In this document: positions 51,557 to 62,067 of the stretch, piece after piece
Layout: every line of letters begins with the position of its first letter
How positions within the stretch are numbered: position 1 is the stretch's first letter
Translations under genes and position numbers: made by a program
Notes under the pieces: model-generated
Databases searched by the model: none
Seen by the model: only the letters and a program-made list of their open reading frames with translations
What the model was told of the DNA's origin: nothing
Assembly: GCA_963791145.1 (NCBI GenBank)
Contig: CAWBRT010000004.1
Location: 11,217 to 75,216 of the forward strand
Reading direction: 5' to 3'
Source: an uncultured Acidobacteriota bacterium
GTDB taxonomy: Bacteria > Acidobacteriota > Terriglobia > Terriglobales > Acidobacteriaceae
Length of the DNA: 64,000 bases

Positions 51557-51585
51557 AACCCTCGCACTGCGAGGGTTTTTGCATT
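51557..51585 (+). terminator. Second terminator with the same stem as 51228-51262
   Basis: aaaCCCTCGCactGCGAGGGtttttgcattt. Confidence 0.55.
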
Positions 51586-51779
51586 TCGGCCGCAACGCGA
51601 GGATCAACCAGTTCTCCTTGCGCTTCGTTCAATTCATCATTAACGTACTGGTAACGAGGTCGTGGGGCATAAGCAAGAGAATTTGTGCTCGGCGTTGTTG
51701 CATCCAACAACTCGACGTACCCTTCGGCTTCGACGCGCTACTCAATTTTGTATGGACCCTGGTTAATAGGAGAGGCCCT

Positions 51780-53456
51780 GTGCGTCGTTTGGGGATCGGA
51801 TTGTTGTTGCTGTGCAGTATGAGCGCTGTTGCAGCGCCCCCGCCGCCGAACCGCGGCGAGCTCTCACCCGCCTTGCAGCAAATCGTTGACCGAATCATCA
51901 GCCGTGAGCACGCGCTTATGGTCGCCTTGAAGTCCTTTTCGCCGTTGGCGGAAACCTATATCCAGGAAATGCGCCCGGACAGGGACCTGGGTTACGCCCC
52001 TGCGCGTGACTATTACTTCATGGCCAAGCTCGACCTGCGGAACGGATTGCGGGAAGAATCGTTTGAGAAGCGGAAAGGAGCATTCACTCTCCAGGGCTTC
52101 TGGAAGCCTCTGGAAAAGCCGTTCAACCTCCGCACGGCGAATTTGAACAGCGTGGGAATTGCCATTCAGCCGCTGGTGATCGACCTCAAGGCGTTCGATA
52201 GGGCGCATTACGACTTCAGTTTCGTGGGGCGGGAGTTCCTGGGCAAAGTTCGCACCCTGGTATTCGATGTCGCGCCCCGTAAGCACGCAGGCAACGGGCG
52301 CTTTGTTGGCCGCATTTGGGTCGAAGACGTTGATTACAACGTGGTGCGCTTTAACGGAACCTACAAAGGAGCGCCGCATTTCACCAGCTATGTGCATTTC
52401 GACAGCTGGAGGGCAAACGTCAACGGGCGGCAGTGGCTCCCGGCCTATGTCTACCTGGAAGAATCGGATCTCGTGGCGGGATTCCGTCATGTGCGCATCA
52501 AGGGGGAGACAACGGTCTGGGGTTACGGCCTGCAGTCGGGACGCAAACAGCAGGAGTTGACCGATATCATCGCCGATTCGAGCATTGATGACCGCAGCGA
52601 AAGCGCGCCGGACTATTCGCCCGTGCAGCGCCAACGGCTATGGGAAAGACAGGCCGAGGACAACGTCATCGAGCGGTTGCAGAAGGCCGGGCTGGTGGCC
52701 CCCAGCGGCGATGTCAGTAAAGTTCTGGAAACGGTCATCAACAACCTGGAAGTTACCAACAATCTGAACATTGAGCCGCCGGTGCGTGCCCGCGTTCTGC
52801 TGACCTCGCAACTGGAGACGTTTACCGTCGGCCATACCATCGTCATCAACCGTGGACTGGTGGACGTTCTGCCGGATGAAGCGAGTCTGGCCATGATGTT
52901 GGCGCACGAACTTGCGCATATCGTGCTCGGCCATCAACTGGAGACCAAGTACGCATTCAGTGACCGCCTGCAGTTTCCCGATTGGGAGGCGTTTCGCCGG
53001 TTACAGCTGAAACGCGACAGAAGAGAGGAAGACGAGGCCGACGGCAAAGCGATGGCCCTGCTCAAGAACTCGCCCTACGCCGACAGGCTGGCCAGCGTCG
53101 GGCTGTTCTTGCGTGAGCTGTCCAACGAGGCGCCGCGGCTGAGCAATCTGTTGAGCCCGCATTTGGGAAATCGCCTGGTCAAGGGGCGCGAGTTGCCGCG
53201 ACTGGCCGAAATCATGCGTTCGGCGCCTCCGCTGCGCCGGCAGGACGTGGCTCAGGTCGCCGCCCTTCCCCTGGGCAGCCGCCTCAAGGTGGATCCCTGG
53301 GACGCGCACATCGAATTGATGAAAACTGCTCCCACCGCGCTGCTGGCGGCGCGTGAGAAAAGGCCGTTCGAGGTAACTCCAGTAATTCAGAACTTAACGC
53401 GAAAGACCGAACCCTCTCAAAAGAACGAGGTCGTCGTCGGCCAGGGAGGCGAATGA
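51780..53456 (+). CDS. Secreted zinc metallopeptidase (HExxH, M48-like) with a large N-terminal domain of unknown function
   Basis: AGGAGA RBS then GTG start; signal peptide LGIGLLLLCSMSAVAAP; MMLAHELAHIVLGH zinc-binding motif. Confidence 0.55.
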   Translation: MRRLGIGLLLLCSMSAVAAPPPPNRGELSPALQQIVDRIISREHALMVALKSFSPLAETYIQEMRPDRDLGYAPARDYYFMAKLDLRNGLREESFEKRKGAFTLQGFWKPLEKPFNLRTANLNSVGIAIQPLVIDLKAFDRAHYDFSFVGREFLGKVRTLVFDVAPRKHAGNGRFVGRIWVEDVDYNVVRFNGTYKGAPHFTSYVHFDSWRANVNGRQWLPAYVYLEESDLVAGFRHVRIKGETTVWGYGLQSGRKQQELTDIIADSSIDDRSESAPDYSPVQRQRLWERQAEDNVIERLQKAGLVAPSGDVSKVLETVINNLEVTNNLNIEPPVRARVLLTSQLETFTVGHTIVINRGLVDVLPDEASLAMMLAHELAHIVLGHQLETKYAFSDRLQFPDWEAFRRLQLKRDRREEDEADGKAMALLKNSPYADRLASVGLFLRELSNEAPRLSNLLSPHLGNRLVKGRELPRLAEIMRSAPPLRRQDVAQVAALPLGSRLKVDPWDAHIELMKTAPTALLAAREKRPFEVTPVIQNLTRKTEPSQKNEVVVGQGGE

Positions 53457-54013
53457 GAAAGAAATCATGGTGTGGAGCAGGGCCGGCGGCGCTATTACTT
53501 GCGTGCTCCGTCTGCTTTGGTCAAGCCATCCCCTCGGCAGAAACTCCGGGAAGGCACTATGAAGCGTGGGGGGGATTCTCCAAATTACGCGGCGATTTTG
53601 GCACCGATCACAAGGCGACAGGCTGGATCGGTGGATTCACCCTGCGCCTGAACCCGTACCTTGGTTTCGATGCGACTGCCACCGGCAACTACGCCACGGC
53701 CAATGACGGACGCCCCACGAATGTGCACACGGTTCTGCTGACGCCGCGCTTCAGCGTGCCGGTCTGGCGCATCTCACCTTTCATTCACGCCGGACTTGGC
53801 GTGGCCCGCTGGAAAGAGGCGGGGTTTGGCAACGTCGGCGGCCCGCTGCCGGATCGGGCGCCGCTGAGTATCGCCAAAACCGTTGGGGTGGGCATCGACT
53901 TGCGAATCAACAAGCACTTCAGCCTGCGGGGCGAAGGCGACTACATCAAGACAACTTTTCTGAGCGGAGATAACGGCCTGGTTTCAGGCGGCATTGTGTA
54001 CCGCTTCCGCTGA
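53453..54013 (+). CDS. Outer-membrane beta-barrel protein (OmpW/OmpA-like small barrel)
   Basis: Signal peptide, alternating amphipathic strands, C-terminal ...GGIVYRFR aromatic end. Confidence 0.6.
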   Translation: MRKKSWCGAGPAALLLACSVCFGQAIPSAETPGRHYEAWGGFSKLRGDFGTDHKATGWIGGFTLRLNPYLGFDATATGNYATANDGRPTNVHTVLLTPRFSVPVWRISPFIHAGLGVARWKEAGFGNVGGPLPDRAPLSIAKTVGVGIDLRINKHFSLRGEGDYIKTTFLSGDNGLVSGGIVYRFR

Positions 54014-54136
54014 AGAAACCACGGAGGCAGGAATATGTCCGCCGCAAAAACAGAATCCAGATCGGAGGACCAGAAGGCGTGAGGGATCGCTCCAGGCGGA
54101 TCCCCGGACCGGGTTAAGTCATCTGATCTCTTCTTC

Positions 54137-54535
54137 TTATCGGGCAAGGTGAGGCAAATGCGCGAGCAACCTCCGCAAGGGCTGCAAACGCCCGCCCTGA
54201 GCGGATTGCGCACAAGGACCCGAGGAAGCAGCTGTAGACTTGAGCTGCTCGAGTTTGGATGCCGCGGGCGGGTAATCCTGCGCGGCGCAACGCTGGTACC
54301 ATTCAAGCGCATGCTCGAGATCGCCTCGTTTTTCGAGGCTGGCCCCAACGATGTACTGTGCCGGAGCCCATCCCTCCAGCGCCAGTGCAGCGATTGCATC
54401 CCAATCATGCGATTCCAGCAAAGTACGCTTCGAAGGCGTTGCTCCGGCGCCCAACTCATCCAGACAGGCTTGTTCCGCTAAGAAAGGGTTGGCGGACTCT
54501 GCTCCAGCCAAGGGATTACCGACACCACTGGCCAT
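54137..54535 (-). CDS. Possible Sel1/TPR-like repeat protein
   Basis: Sel1-like stretch YIVGASLEKRGDLEHALEWYQRCAAQDYPPAASKL; weak call. Confidence 0.3.
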   Translation of the reverse strand: MASGVGNPLAGAESANPFLAEQACLDELGAGATPSKRTLLESHDWDAIAALALEGWAPAQYIVGASLEKRGDLEHALEWYQRCAAQDYPPAASKLEQLKSTAASSGPCAQSAQGGRLQPLRRLLAHLPHLAR

Positions 54536-54869
54536 TGGGGTTCCTCCGAATACATCATCGGCAGAGTCTACAGTTTTCTTTAATCACCGAACCAGTTACG
54601 AAGGTAATGGCGACGGAGGGACATGTCCTTTATCCGTGGCGGTCCGGAATCTGCCGTAGAAGAACCGCTTCCCGGCTCGATATTCATTGGCTAAACGCTT
54701 GTTTTCCTCGGCCTCCAGTTGTGGCAGTGCTCCCCGCAGCAACCGGCCAGCTTGACACTTTTCCACAGCCCGGTTATTTCCCCGATTCCAGTTGTCGCGA
54801 AATTCGTAGTTATGCGAAGCAACCCGGCTACAATAAGTGGTATTTTACCCGATAAGGGGAGTTTTACCG

Positions 54870-55898
54870 ATGGCAGGAGTCTGGGCAAGACGGTGGCTGT
54901 TGTGCGTGTCATTAGTCCTGAGTGGGTCCGTGTTGGCTGGAGCGGATGTCGCCGTGCTGCTGGAAGAGCCCTTTGGAGACCTTGGAAAGGTCAGCCCTAT
55001 GGGCCACGCGGCCATTTACATGGCCCGCGTCTGCGCCAGCTCCCCCGTAGTTCTACGCCGCTGCGAGGCCGGTGAAACTGGCGTGGTGATCAGCCGGTAT
55101 CACAGAGTCGGCGGATACGACTGGATTGCCATTCCGCTGCTGCCTTATCTATACGCGGTTGACGATGCCAAACAGATTCCGCAGTCAGTCACGCCGGACT
55201 CTGTAGAGGCGCTGCGGGATGGATACCGGAGAAGTCATCTGCGGGAAATCGTGCCGGACGCTTCGGGCGGCGGAATGCCCCGCGGCGACTGGATTCAGCT
55301 AGTCGGTTCCTCCTATGATCGCAAGATTTACGGCTTCCTGGTGGAGACCAGCGTAGAACAGGACGAGGAGTTCATCCACGAGTTCAATACCAGAAAGAAC
55401 AAGAGGCGCTTCAACCTTCTCTTCCACAATTGCGCTGATTTCTCCGCGGGTGTGCTGAACTTCTACTATCCCCACGCGGTGCACCGTAGTTTCCTCGCCG
55501 ATGCCGGCATCATGACCCCCAAGCAGGTCGCGCGATCGCTGGTGCGCTATAAACGCCGTCATCCGGATCTGTTGTTTTCAACTTTTGAGATTCCACAAAT
55601 TCCGGGCAGCATGCGGCGGAGCCGCTCGGTCGACGGCGTACTGGAGGCCTTTATTAAGACCAAGAAGTACTCGTTGCCGCTCGCCGTGCTGCACCCGTTC
55701 GTGATTTCCGGCGTGGCGGCGGCGTATCTGACCGAAGGGCGTTTTAAGCCGGGACGCAATGCCCTGGTTCTTGACCTCACGCCTGGGGCGCAGGTTCCGC
55801 TATTGGCGGAGAACTTGGAGTCCGTTCAGGGGTTGAATCTCGCTGAGATTCAAAGGGTCGGGAACGCATGCCGCCGTCCTCACGTCCTCTCACCATGA
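54870..55898 (+). CDS. Secreted protein with an LRAT/NlpC-P60-type H...NCxxF motif (DUF4105-like)
   Basis: Signal peptide WLLCVSLVLSGSVLAGA; SPMGHAAIY and LLFHNCADFSAGVLNF motifs. Confidence 0.4.
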   Translation: MAGVWARRWLLCVSLVLSGSVLAGADVAVLLEEPFGDLGKVSPMGHAAIYMARVCASSPVVLRRCEAGETGVVISRYHRVGGYDWIAIPLLPYLYAVDDAKQIPQSVTPDSVEALRDGYRRSHLREIVPDASGGGMPRGDWIQLVGSSYDRKIYGFLVETSVEQDEEFIHEFNTRKNKRRFNLLFHNCADFSAGVLNFYYPHAVHRSFLADAGIMTPKQVARSLVRYKRRHPDLLFSTFEIPQIPGSMRRSRSVDGVLEAFIKTKKYSLPLAVLHPFVISGVAAAYLTEGRFKPGRNALVLDLTPGAQVPLLAENLESVQGLNLAEIQRVGNACRRPHVLSP

Positions 55899-55984
55899 AG
55901 AACATGATTGAGGGTTAGCAGGCTTTCCACTATCGTCTTTCAGGGACGTGGCAGCAGGGAAGCGTCCACCCTGGAGCAGCAAAT

Positions 55985-57490
55985 ATGGAAATAAAAAATG
56001 TTGGCAGGTCAACGCTGACCCGGCGCAGCCTTTTGCAGCAGGCCGGCGGCGTAATCGCCGCGGTAACGATTTCGCCGGTCGTGGGCAGCGCCGCCGAACC
56101 AACAATCGCGGCGGCAAGCAAAACGGCGGGGCAGAGCGCGGCCATGGAAAAGCTCAGCAGTTACATGGGCAAAGCGCAGGCGCGCGCCCTGCCTGCCGAA
56201 GTCGTCGAGAAGGCGAAGCACCACATCCTCGATACCTTCGCCGCCATGGTTTCCGGCATCGAACTGCCGCCGGGGCAGGTGGCACTCAAGTTTGCCCGCG
56301 CCCAGGCGGGCGCGACGACTGCGACGGTTGTCGGTTCCAACATCGTCTGCGGCCCGATCGAGGCGGCGATGGTCAACGGAATGCTCGCCCACTCGGACGA
56401 AACCGACGACTCGCACGCCCCTTCTCACTGCCATCCCGGCTGCGGCATCGTTCCCGCAGCCTTGGCCACCGGCGAACAGTTTGGCATCAGCGGTACGCAC
56501 TTCCTGCGCGCCGTCATGCTGGGCTGGGACGTGGGAACACGCGTCACCATGAACCTCGGCGGCGTCGATTGGGAAAAGCAGACGCACCGCAGCACGCACA
56601 GCATTGCCAACACGTTCGGCGCATCGGCTGCCGCCGGTTGTGCCGCCGGGCTTAACGCCAGGCAGATGCGCTGGCTGCTCGACTACGCCGCCCAACAGGC
56701 TTCGGGGTTGCTGGCCTGGCAGCGCGACAGCGACCATATCCAGAAATCTCTGGTCTTTGGCGGCTTTCCGGCCCGTAACGGGGTCAGCGCCGCTCTCATT
56801 ATCCAGTTGGGCGGCACCGGCGTAAGCGACATCTTCACCGGGGCCGACAATTTCCTGCTCGGGCAGGCTTCCAAAGGCGGACCGGATGGATTGATCGACA
56901 AACTGGGCGAGCGCTATGAAGTAACGCGCACGAATATCAAGAAGTGGACGGTCGGGTCGCCCATTCAAGCGGTGCTGGATGCGATCGAGATTCTGCAGAA
57001 ACGGCACTCGTTCGATGCCGGCCAGGTACGTTCGGTGGTGGTGCGCCTGGGCACCAGCGCAGCCAAGACGGTGAACAACCGGGAGATTCCCGACATCAAC
57101 GTGCAGCACCTGACGGCCATCATGCTGCTCGACAAGACGGTTTCATTCCGGGCGGCGCATGATCTGGCCCGTGTGCACGATCCGGCGGTGATGCGCGAAC
57201 GCGCCAAGGTACAGCTTGTTCCGGATGAAGAGATGGAGCGTAATCTTCCGCGGCGTGATGCCTCGGTCGAAATCACTCTGAATGACGGAACAAAACTCAA
57301 GGAACTCGTGACGGCCGTGCGCGGCACCGCCCAGAATCCCATGACTCGCGAAGAGGTTGTCGCCAAAGCGCGCGACCTTATAACGCCCGTGCTCGGGGCG
57401 GCTGCATCCTCAGGGCTAATTGACAAGGTTATGGCAATCGATGAGGTGAAGAACATCCGCGAACTGCGTCCGTTGCTGCAGCAGGCATGA
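55985..57490 (+). CDS. MmgE/PrpD-family protein with a twin-arginine (Tat) signal
   Basis: N-terminus TRRSLLQQAGGVIAAVTISPVVGSAA; MmgE/PrpD motifs (AHSDETDDSH..HPGCGIVPAALA). Confidence 0.8.
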   Translation: MEIKNVGRSTLTRRSLLQQAGGVIAAVTISPVVGSAAEPTIAAASKTAGQSAAMEKLSSYMGKAQARALPAEVVEKAKHHILDTFAAMVSGIELPPGQVALKFARAQAGATTATVVGSNIVCGPIEAAMVNGMLAHSDETDDSHAPSHCHPGCGIVPAALATGEQFGISGTHFLRAVMLGWDVGTRVTMNLGGVDWEKQTHRSTHSIANTFGASAAAGCAAGLNARQMRWLLDYAAQQASGLLAWQRDSDHIQKSLVFGGFPARNGVSAALIIQLGGTGVSDIFTGADNFLLGQASKGGPDGLIDKLGERYEVTRTNIKKWTVGSPIQAVLDAIEILQKRHSFDAGQVRSVVVRLGTSAAKTVNNREIPDINVQHLTAIMLLDKTVSFRAAHDLARVHDPAVMRERAKVQLVPDEEMERNLPRRDASVEITLNDGTKLKELVTAVRGTAQNPMTREEVVAKARDLITPVLGAAASSGLIDKVMAIDEVKNIRELRPLLQQA

Positions 57491-57667
57491 CACGGCAGCA
57501 CGGTGATTTTCCGCGTAATCGAGGGCTCTGCAGCGGATTCAAAGTGGCTGTACCCTCGCTATCACCGCCGGGCTGATCGCCCGGCTACGGCACGGGGTAT
57601 ACCTGCCGCGAATCCGGTCTAAGCACCCACCGGGTAGCTGTGACGACGGCGGGATAGTTGTTGTGCA

Positions 57668-58882
57668 TTACTCCTCGGCGGGATAGGCTCCATTCCAGAC
57701 AATCCTTCGATAATTCTCGGGGTCGGTAGCTCCCTCCGTGCTGAAGAGCAGGACGCGGGAGTTCCGGTCAAGCCGCAGGGCGGCGCGCGCATCCCGCAGG
57801 GTATCCGCCGTCAACAATGCGGCCAGCAACCCGGCAGTAACCGCGCCGGATTCGCCCGAGATAATGCGCGGGTCTTCAGCGAGAGGATTCCCCAACAGGC
57901 GCATCCCGTTAGCAGCCACCCAATCCGGGCAAGAGAAGAACATCTCGCTGTAGTCTCGCAGAAGCTCCCAGGCAGGCGGGCTCGGCTCGCCGCAGGCGAG
58001 ACCGGCCATGATGGTTGCCATCTCTCCCCGCACAGCCCTGGGGCGGCCGTCGCTCGCCGCGGCCGAGCGATAGAAGCAGTTGGCTTCGTTGGGCTCGACA
58101 ATGACGGTCGTCGGACGCTCGCCGCCGAATACCTCGACGAAATAGCCCTGGATAGCGGCGGCAAACGATCCCACTCCCGCCTGCAGGAAAACGTGCGTTG
58201 GCTTCTCGACACCAAGGCTGTGCAATTGCTCCATCGCTTCCGCAGCCATGGTTCCGTAGCCTTGCATGATCCAGGTTGGAATCTCACGGTACCCATCCCA
58301 TGCCGTGTCCTGCACTTGAATCCAGCCGCGGTTGTGGGCGTTTTCCGCGGCCAGGCGCACGGCGTCATCGTAGTTGCCTTCGATGATGGAAGCCAATGCA
58401 CCTTCGGCGCGTATATTTTCCAGCCGGGCGGACGCCGTACCCTTCGGCATGTAAATCACCGCCGCCTGCTGCAACTGCCGCGCCGTCCACGCGACGCCTC
58501 GGCCGTGGTTGCCATCGGTAGCCGCGATGAAGGTGATCTCGCCCAGCTTCCGGCGCAGCTCCGGCGAGACCAGCCGGCTGTAATCAAGCTCGCTGAGATC
58601 GATCCCCAGGCGGCTCGACAGATGCTTGGCGAGGGCATACGACGCGCCCAGAACTTTGAAGGCATTAAGGCCGAAGCGAAAGGATTCGTCTTTGACAAAG
58701 ATGCCGGCGATTCCCAACCGTCCGGCCAGGGCTGCCAGGCTGCGAAGCGGGGTTTCGGCATATTGCGGGAAACTGCGGTGGAACGACCGTGCAGCCTCCG
58801 CCTCACGCGCACTGAAAAGCGAGGTGCGCGCTCCGCTGGGCTTGCGCATCGTGTTTGCGGTCCAAGCTATACGGTTATCCAT
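57668..58882 (-). CDS. Diaminopropionate ammonia-lyase (PLP-dependent, fold type II)
   Basis: PLP lysine region FKVLGASYA; DpaL-like length; glycine loop GVGSFAAA. Confidence 0.7.
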   Translation of the reverse strand: MDNRIAWTANTMRKPSGARTSLFSAREAEAARSFHRSFPQYAETPLRSLAALAGRLGIAGIFVKDESFRFGLNAFKVLGASYALAKHLSSRLGIDLSELDYSRLVSPELRRKLGEITFIAATDGNHGRGVAWTARQLQQAAVIYMPKGTASARLENIRAEGALASIIEGNYDDAVRLAAENAHNRGWIQVQDTAWDGYREIPTWIMQGYGTMAAEAMEQLHSLGVEKPTHVFLQAGVGSFAAAIQGYFVEVFGGERPTTVIVEPNEANCFYRSAAASDGRPRAVRGEMATIMAGLACGEPSPPAWELLRDYSEMFFSCPDWVAANGMRLLGNPLAEDPRIISGESGAVTAGLLAALLTADTLRDARAALRLDRNSRVLLFSTEGATDPENYRRIVWNGAYPAEE

Positions 58883-58984
58883 AGATGTGTTTGTATTTGG
58901 CTTTATCCGGAATCCCCTACGCACATCTTTCTTCGTGTGCCTGAGGGGGAGCCATGCCGCTCGCAACCGGGCAGGCGGCCCGAA

Positions 58985-60262
58985 TTAGCGGTACAGATCC
59001 TCCCTGGTCAGCGGCAGCTCTGTTTGTCCGCGCTCGGGCTTGCTGAGCAGCAATTGATATATGCTCAAGCGGCCGCGCCGGAAGCCGTGCGCCGAACCCG
59101 CCATGTAGATACGCCAGGTACGATAGACGACGTCATCGGTGAGGCGGCGCGCATCATCGACCCGCGCCTCCAACCGGTTCACCCAATGGCGAAGCGTCAT
59201 AGCATAATGCAGGCGCAGGTTCTCGACGTCAATTACCTCGAATCCGCAGCTTTCGGCCGCGCTTACGGTAGCGAGCAGCGGCACCAGTTCGCCGTCTGGA
59301 AAAACGTATTTCTCTACAAACGACGGACCCCTTCGCCGGTAGGTTGCCGAAGCCGCAATGCCGTGATTGAGGAATAGGCCTTGCGGGCGCAGCAAGCGCC
59401 AGGCTTGCTCGAAATACTCCAGCAGCAGCGATTCGCCAACATGCTCGAACATGCCAACGCTGACCAGTTTGTCAAAGGATTCGGATTGAGGAACTTCCCT
59501 GTAGTCGCACAAATCTACCTGGCAGCGGTCGGCCACTCCCGCCTCGTGAATGCGCCGGCGAGCCAGTTCGACTTGAGAGGAGCTCAAGGTGATGCCGTGG
59601 GCATAGACGCCGTAATTTTTGGCTGCGTAAATGAGCAGACCGCCCCATCCGCAGCCGACATCAAGCAGACGCTCTCCCGGCTTGAGGCGCAATTTGCGGC
59701 AGATGTGATCCAGCTTCTGCTCCTGCGCGGTGTCGAGGTCGTCGTCGAGAGAGCGGAAATAGGCGCAGGAATACGTCATGGACCGGTCGAGGAAGAGAGC
59801 GTAAAAATCATTGGAAAGGTCGTAGTGATAGGAAATGGCGGCCCGGTCGCGCTCCCTGGAATGGATGCTGCCGGCCAGCTCCGCCGCTCCGCGTTTGGCG
59901 GTGAAACGCGCCGGCACGGCTGCAAGGGCGCGCAACTTCAGCTTGGCACTTAGGGGCAAGGGTTCGGCCAGCAAGCCCTCGACGAACTCGAAGGCGGCTT
60001 CGATGTCGCCTTCAATATCGAAATCGTCGTAGATATAGGCTTCGCCGAGTGACAGCTCGCTGGGAGAGAGCAGCAATTCCCGCAGCGCGCCTGGGTTCTT
60101 CAGCACAATGGTGAAGCGGGGCCGCTCCGCCTTACCCCACAGGGTTCCGTCCCAAAGCCGCACACAATAGCCGTTGCCGGAGACTCTGCAGGCCAGTCGT
60201 TCAAGATATCGAATGGCAGTTCCGACAGTCTCGCTGTTCGGAGCCGTCGCGTTAGAGGTCAT
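58985..60262 (-). CDS. Cyclopropane-fatty-acyl-phospholipid synthase family SAM-dependent methyltransferase
   Basis: YDLSNDFYALFLDRSMTYSCAYF and SAM-binding motif LLDVGCGWGGL. Confidence 0.8.
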   Translation of the reverse strand: MTSNATAPNSETVGTAIRYLERLACRVSGNGYCVRLWDGTLWGKAERPRFTIVLKNPGALRELLLSPSELSLGEAYIYDDFDIEGDIEAAFEFVEGLLAEPLPLSAKLKLRALAAVPARFTAKRGAAELAGSIHSRERDRAAISYHYDLSNDFYALFLDRSMTYSCAYFRSLDDDLDTAQEQKLDHICRKLRLKPGERLLDVGCGWGGLLIYAAKNYGVYAHGITLSSSQVELARRRIHEAGVADRCQVDLCDYREVPQSESFDKLVSVGMFEHVGESLLLEYFEQAWRLLRPQGLFLNHGIAASATYRRRGPSFVEKYVFPDGELVPLLATVSAAESCGFEVIDVENLRLHYAMTLRHWVNRLEARVDDARRLTDDVVYRTWRIYMAGSAHGFRRGRLSIYQLLLSKPERGQTELPLTREDLYR

Positions 60263-60537
60263 GGTATTCCTCCTCTATCGCAAGCTCGAATTGAGAAACT
60301 CTCAACATCTATGCTAGCGAAAAATACCGCCGGGGAAAAGCCTTAAGCAGGTTAATACCGGCATGGAACGGGTTGCCAACCACGAATGGCGAGTGACTGA
60401 GAGGATAGGTAGTGCCGCAGCGTGCGCTAAAGCAGGCAGGCAAGCAGTGAGTTACGGGCGGCAGATGCAGGTTGCTGTTGGTGTAAACTGATTTCGCCCC
60501 AGCAGACGCAGAGAGAGCTGCCTGGGACCCCATAGTG

Positions 60538-60575
60538 GCCCTGTAGCTCAGATGGATAGAGCAGCGGTTTCCTAA
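60538..60575 (+). pseudogene. 5' half of tRNA-Arg(CCT): acceptor 5' strand, D-arm, anticodon stem 5' strand and anticodon loop only
   Basis: GCCCTGTAGCTCAGATGGATAGAGCAGCGGTTTCCTAA then non-pairing AAACTATAACC; no T-arm (GGTTCGAATCC-like) within the next 400 nt. Confidence 0.5.
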
Positions 60576-60735
60576 AAACTATAACCCTCGCTGGCTCAAT
60601 CATTTACAACGAGTTACAACTGTCAATGTGAACCAATTACGGGTCAAACTGGAGCGTTTTGGGCACGTCTGAAAACTACTGTGTACCGGATCGTGTACTA
60701 GATTGTGCGCTGTGAGATCATGCGGTTGGTGAAAC

Positions 60736-62037
60736 ATGACTGACCCCCAAAAAGGTGCGCGGCAGGAGAACAAACTCTCAAAGCAAGAGATCAGTCCGCA
60801 CGAGAGTATCGCGGAGAACATCGATCAACTCTTGCATGTGCCGGAAACAAACGCCGACGTTCATCTTGGGGATGTGAACGACGTTTTGTCGGAAGGTAAT
60901 TCGATCAGCGCAAAGATCAAGACTCTCCAAGCGACGAACGAAATTGCGGCACAACGGCTAAAGGAATGCTTGGGAAGCGACCCAAATGCGACCATGCCGT
61001 TGACACAACAACTCCAGCGCCTCATTGCCGATCAGGCCCAGGAAATCAAAGAATTGGAACGGGCTGAATTCCGAAGTCGTGTTCTTTCAACTCTGCGACA
61101 GCCTCAATACAGCGCATTGCGGGATGTTTTTGGCTCAGTTGTTGAGATGCGGCTAAAGTCCTCGACTTCAGAGTCCTCTTTAATCCGGCTTTTAGCCTCA
61201 AACTTGGCCCATTTGCTGCGATCGATTAACGATCTGTGCGCCTCGTACATTCGGGCTTTGGGAGATAGCGAAAAGGCGCGAGGAAAGTGCGAAGCTGATT
61301 TGCGAAAACGGGCTAAGAAGGACGCAGATTCCAAGTTCAGTGGAGCTTTTGGCGATTTCTTCGCGGAGATGGCAGCGGTTTCTGAACTCAGCAAAATGGG
61401 CGTCACTGAGTTTGAGCCTGTATTAACAGGCGTAAACGAATCAGTCGATTATCGGGCGAAGCGTGCGGGAAAGGATGTGTGTATCGAAGTCAAAAACATC
61501 CGCGCACCTATTACGATCTTTGACTTTTGCGCAGACGAGCTTCGACGGCTTCATGCTGAAGCTCCAACTGATTATCCATTCCGACTCACGGTTCGCTGTG
61601 AAACGGATAACACCATTACGGCGGCACAACAGGATGCAATCACTACATATCTTGCTTCTGTGAAGGGCCGCAAGGTTCCGTTTGAGGATTCGCTTAAACT
61701 TGAGCATGGCGTTAGGGTCGTACTCACGGTTAGGGCTGGATCGGGACAGGCGATGCAACTCAGGGCAATGCGAGTGGATGCTCCCGATACACTGAACATC
61801 GAAGGCTTCTTGAACAAGGTGCACGATAAAACGATTAAAGCAATGCAGCAGTTCGACAGCTCAGGTTGTTCAACACAACTGCTGGTCCTGAATATTATGA
61901 CCCCGATGGCGAGTCTGGATCAGACCTATGTTGACGCGGCCAGAGAACAGGTCCGGCAGGATTCAAACTCGACTGTCGAACCTGTGATCCTTTTCTATCA
62001 TGCCTTGATTCTCGATGAAGGAACCGACTCCGATTAG
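60736..62037 (+). CDS. Hypothetical protein (433 aa): helical/coiled-coil N-terminal half and a possible PD-(D/E)xK nuclease-like core
   Basis: Lower GC than surroundings; motif pattern E(AEMAAV)...D(SVDYR)...E-V-K(CIEVKN) in residues ~215-260. Confidence 0.45.
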   Translation: MTDPQKGARQENKLSKQEISPHESIAENIDQLLHVPETNADVHLGDVNDVLSEGNSISAKIKTLQATNEIAAQRLKECLGSDPNATMPLTQQLQRLIADQAQEIKELERAEFRSRVLSTLRQPQYSALRDVFGSVVEMRLKSSTSESSLIRLLASNLAHLLRSINDLCASYIRALGDSEKARGKCEADLRKRAKKDADSKFSGAFGDFFAEMAAVSELSKMGVTEFEPVLTGVNESVDYRAKRAGKDVCIEVKNIRAPITIFDFCADELRRLHAEAPTDYPFRLTVRCETDNTITAAQQDAITTYLASVKGRKVPFEDSLKLEHGVRVVLTVRAGSGQAMQLRAMRVDAPDTLNIEGFLNKVHDKTIKAMQQFDSSGCSTQLLVLNIMTPMASLDQTYVDAAREQVRQDSNSTVEPVILFYHALILDEGTDSD

Positions 62038-62067
62038 CCCCGCTAGATATGAATTGATGCACTTCTG

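Noticed and set aside
60538-60900. Considered a group-I-intron-interrupted tRNA-Arg(CCU), as found in some bacteria
   Set aside because: No 3' exon (anticodon-stem 3' strand plus T-arm) is present within the next ~400 nt. The downstream sequence runs straight into a protein-coding gene.
60736-62037. Looked for a tyrosine or serine integrase next to the tRNA fragment
   Set aside because: The adjacent 433-aa protein lacks the R..HxxR..Y or serine-recombinase motifs. An integrase may lie beyond the window end.
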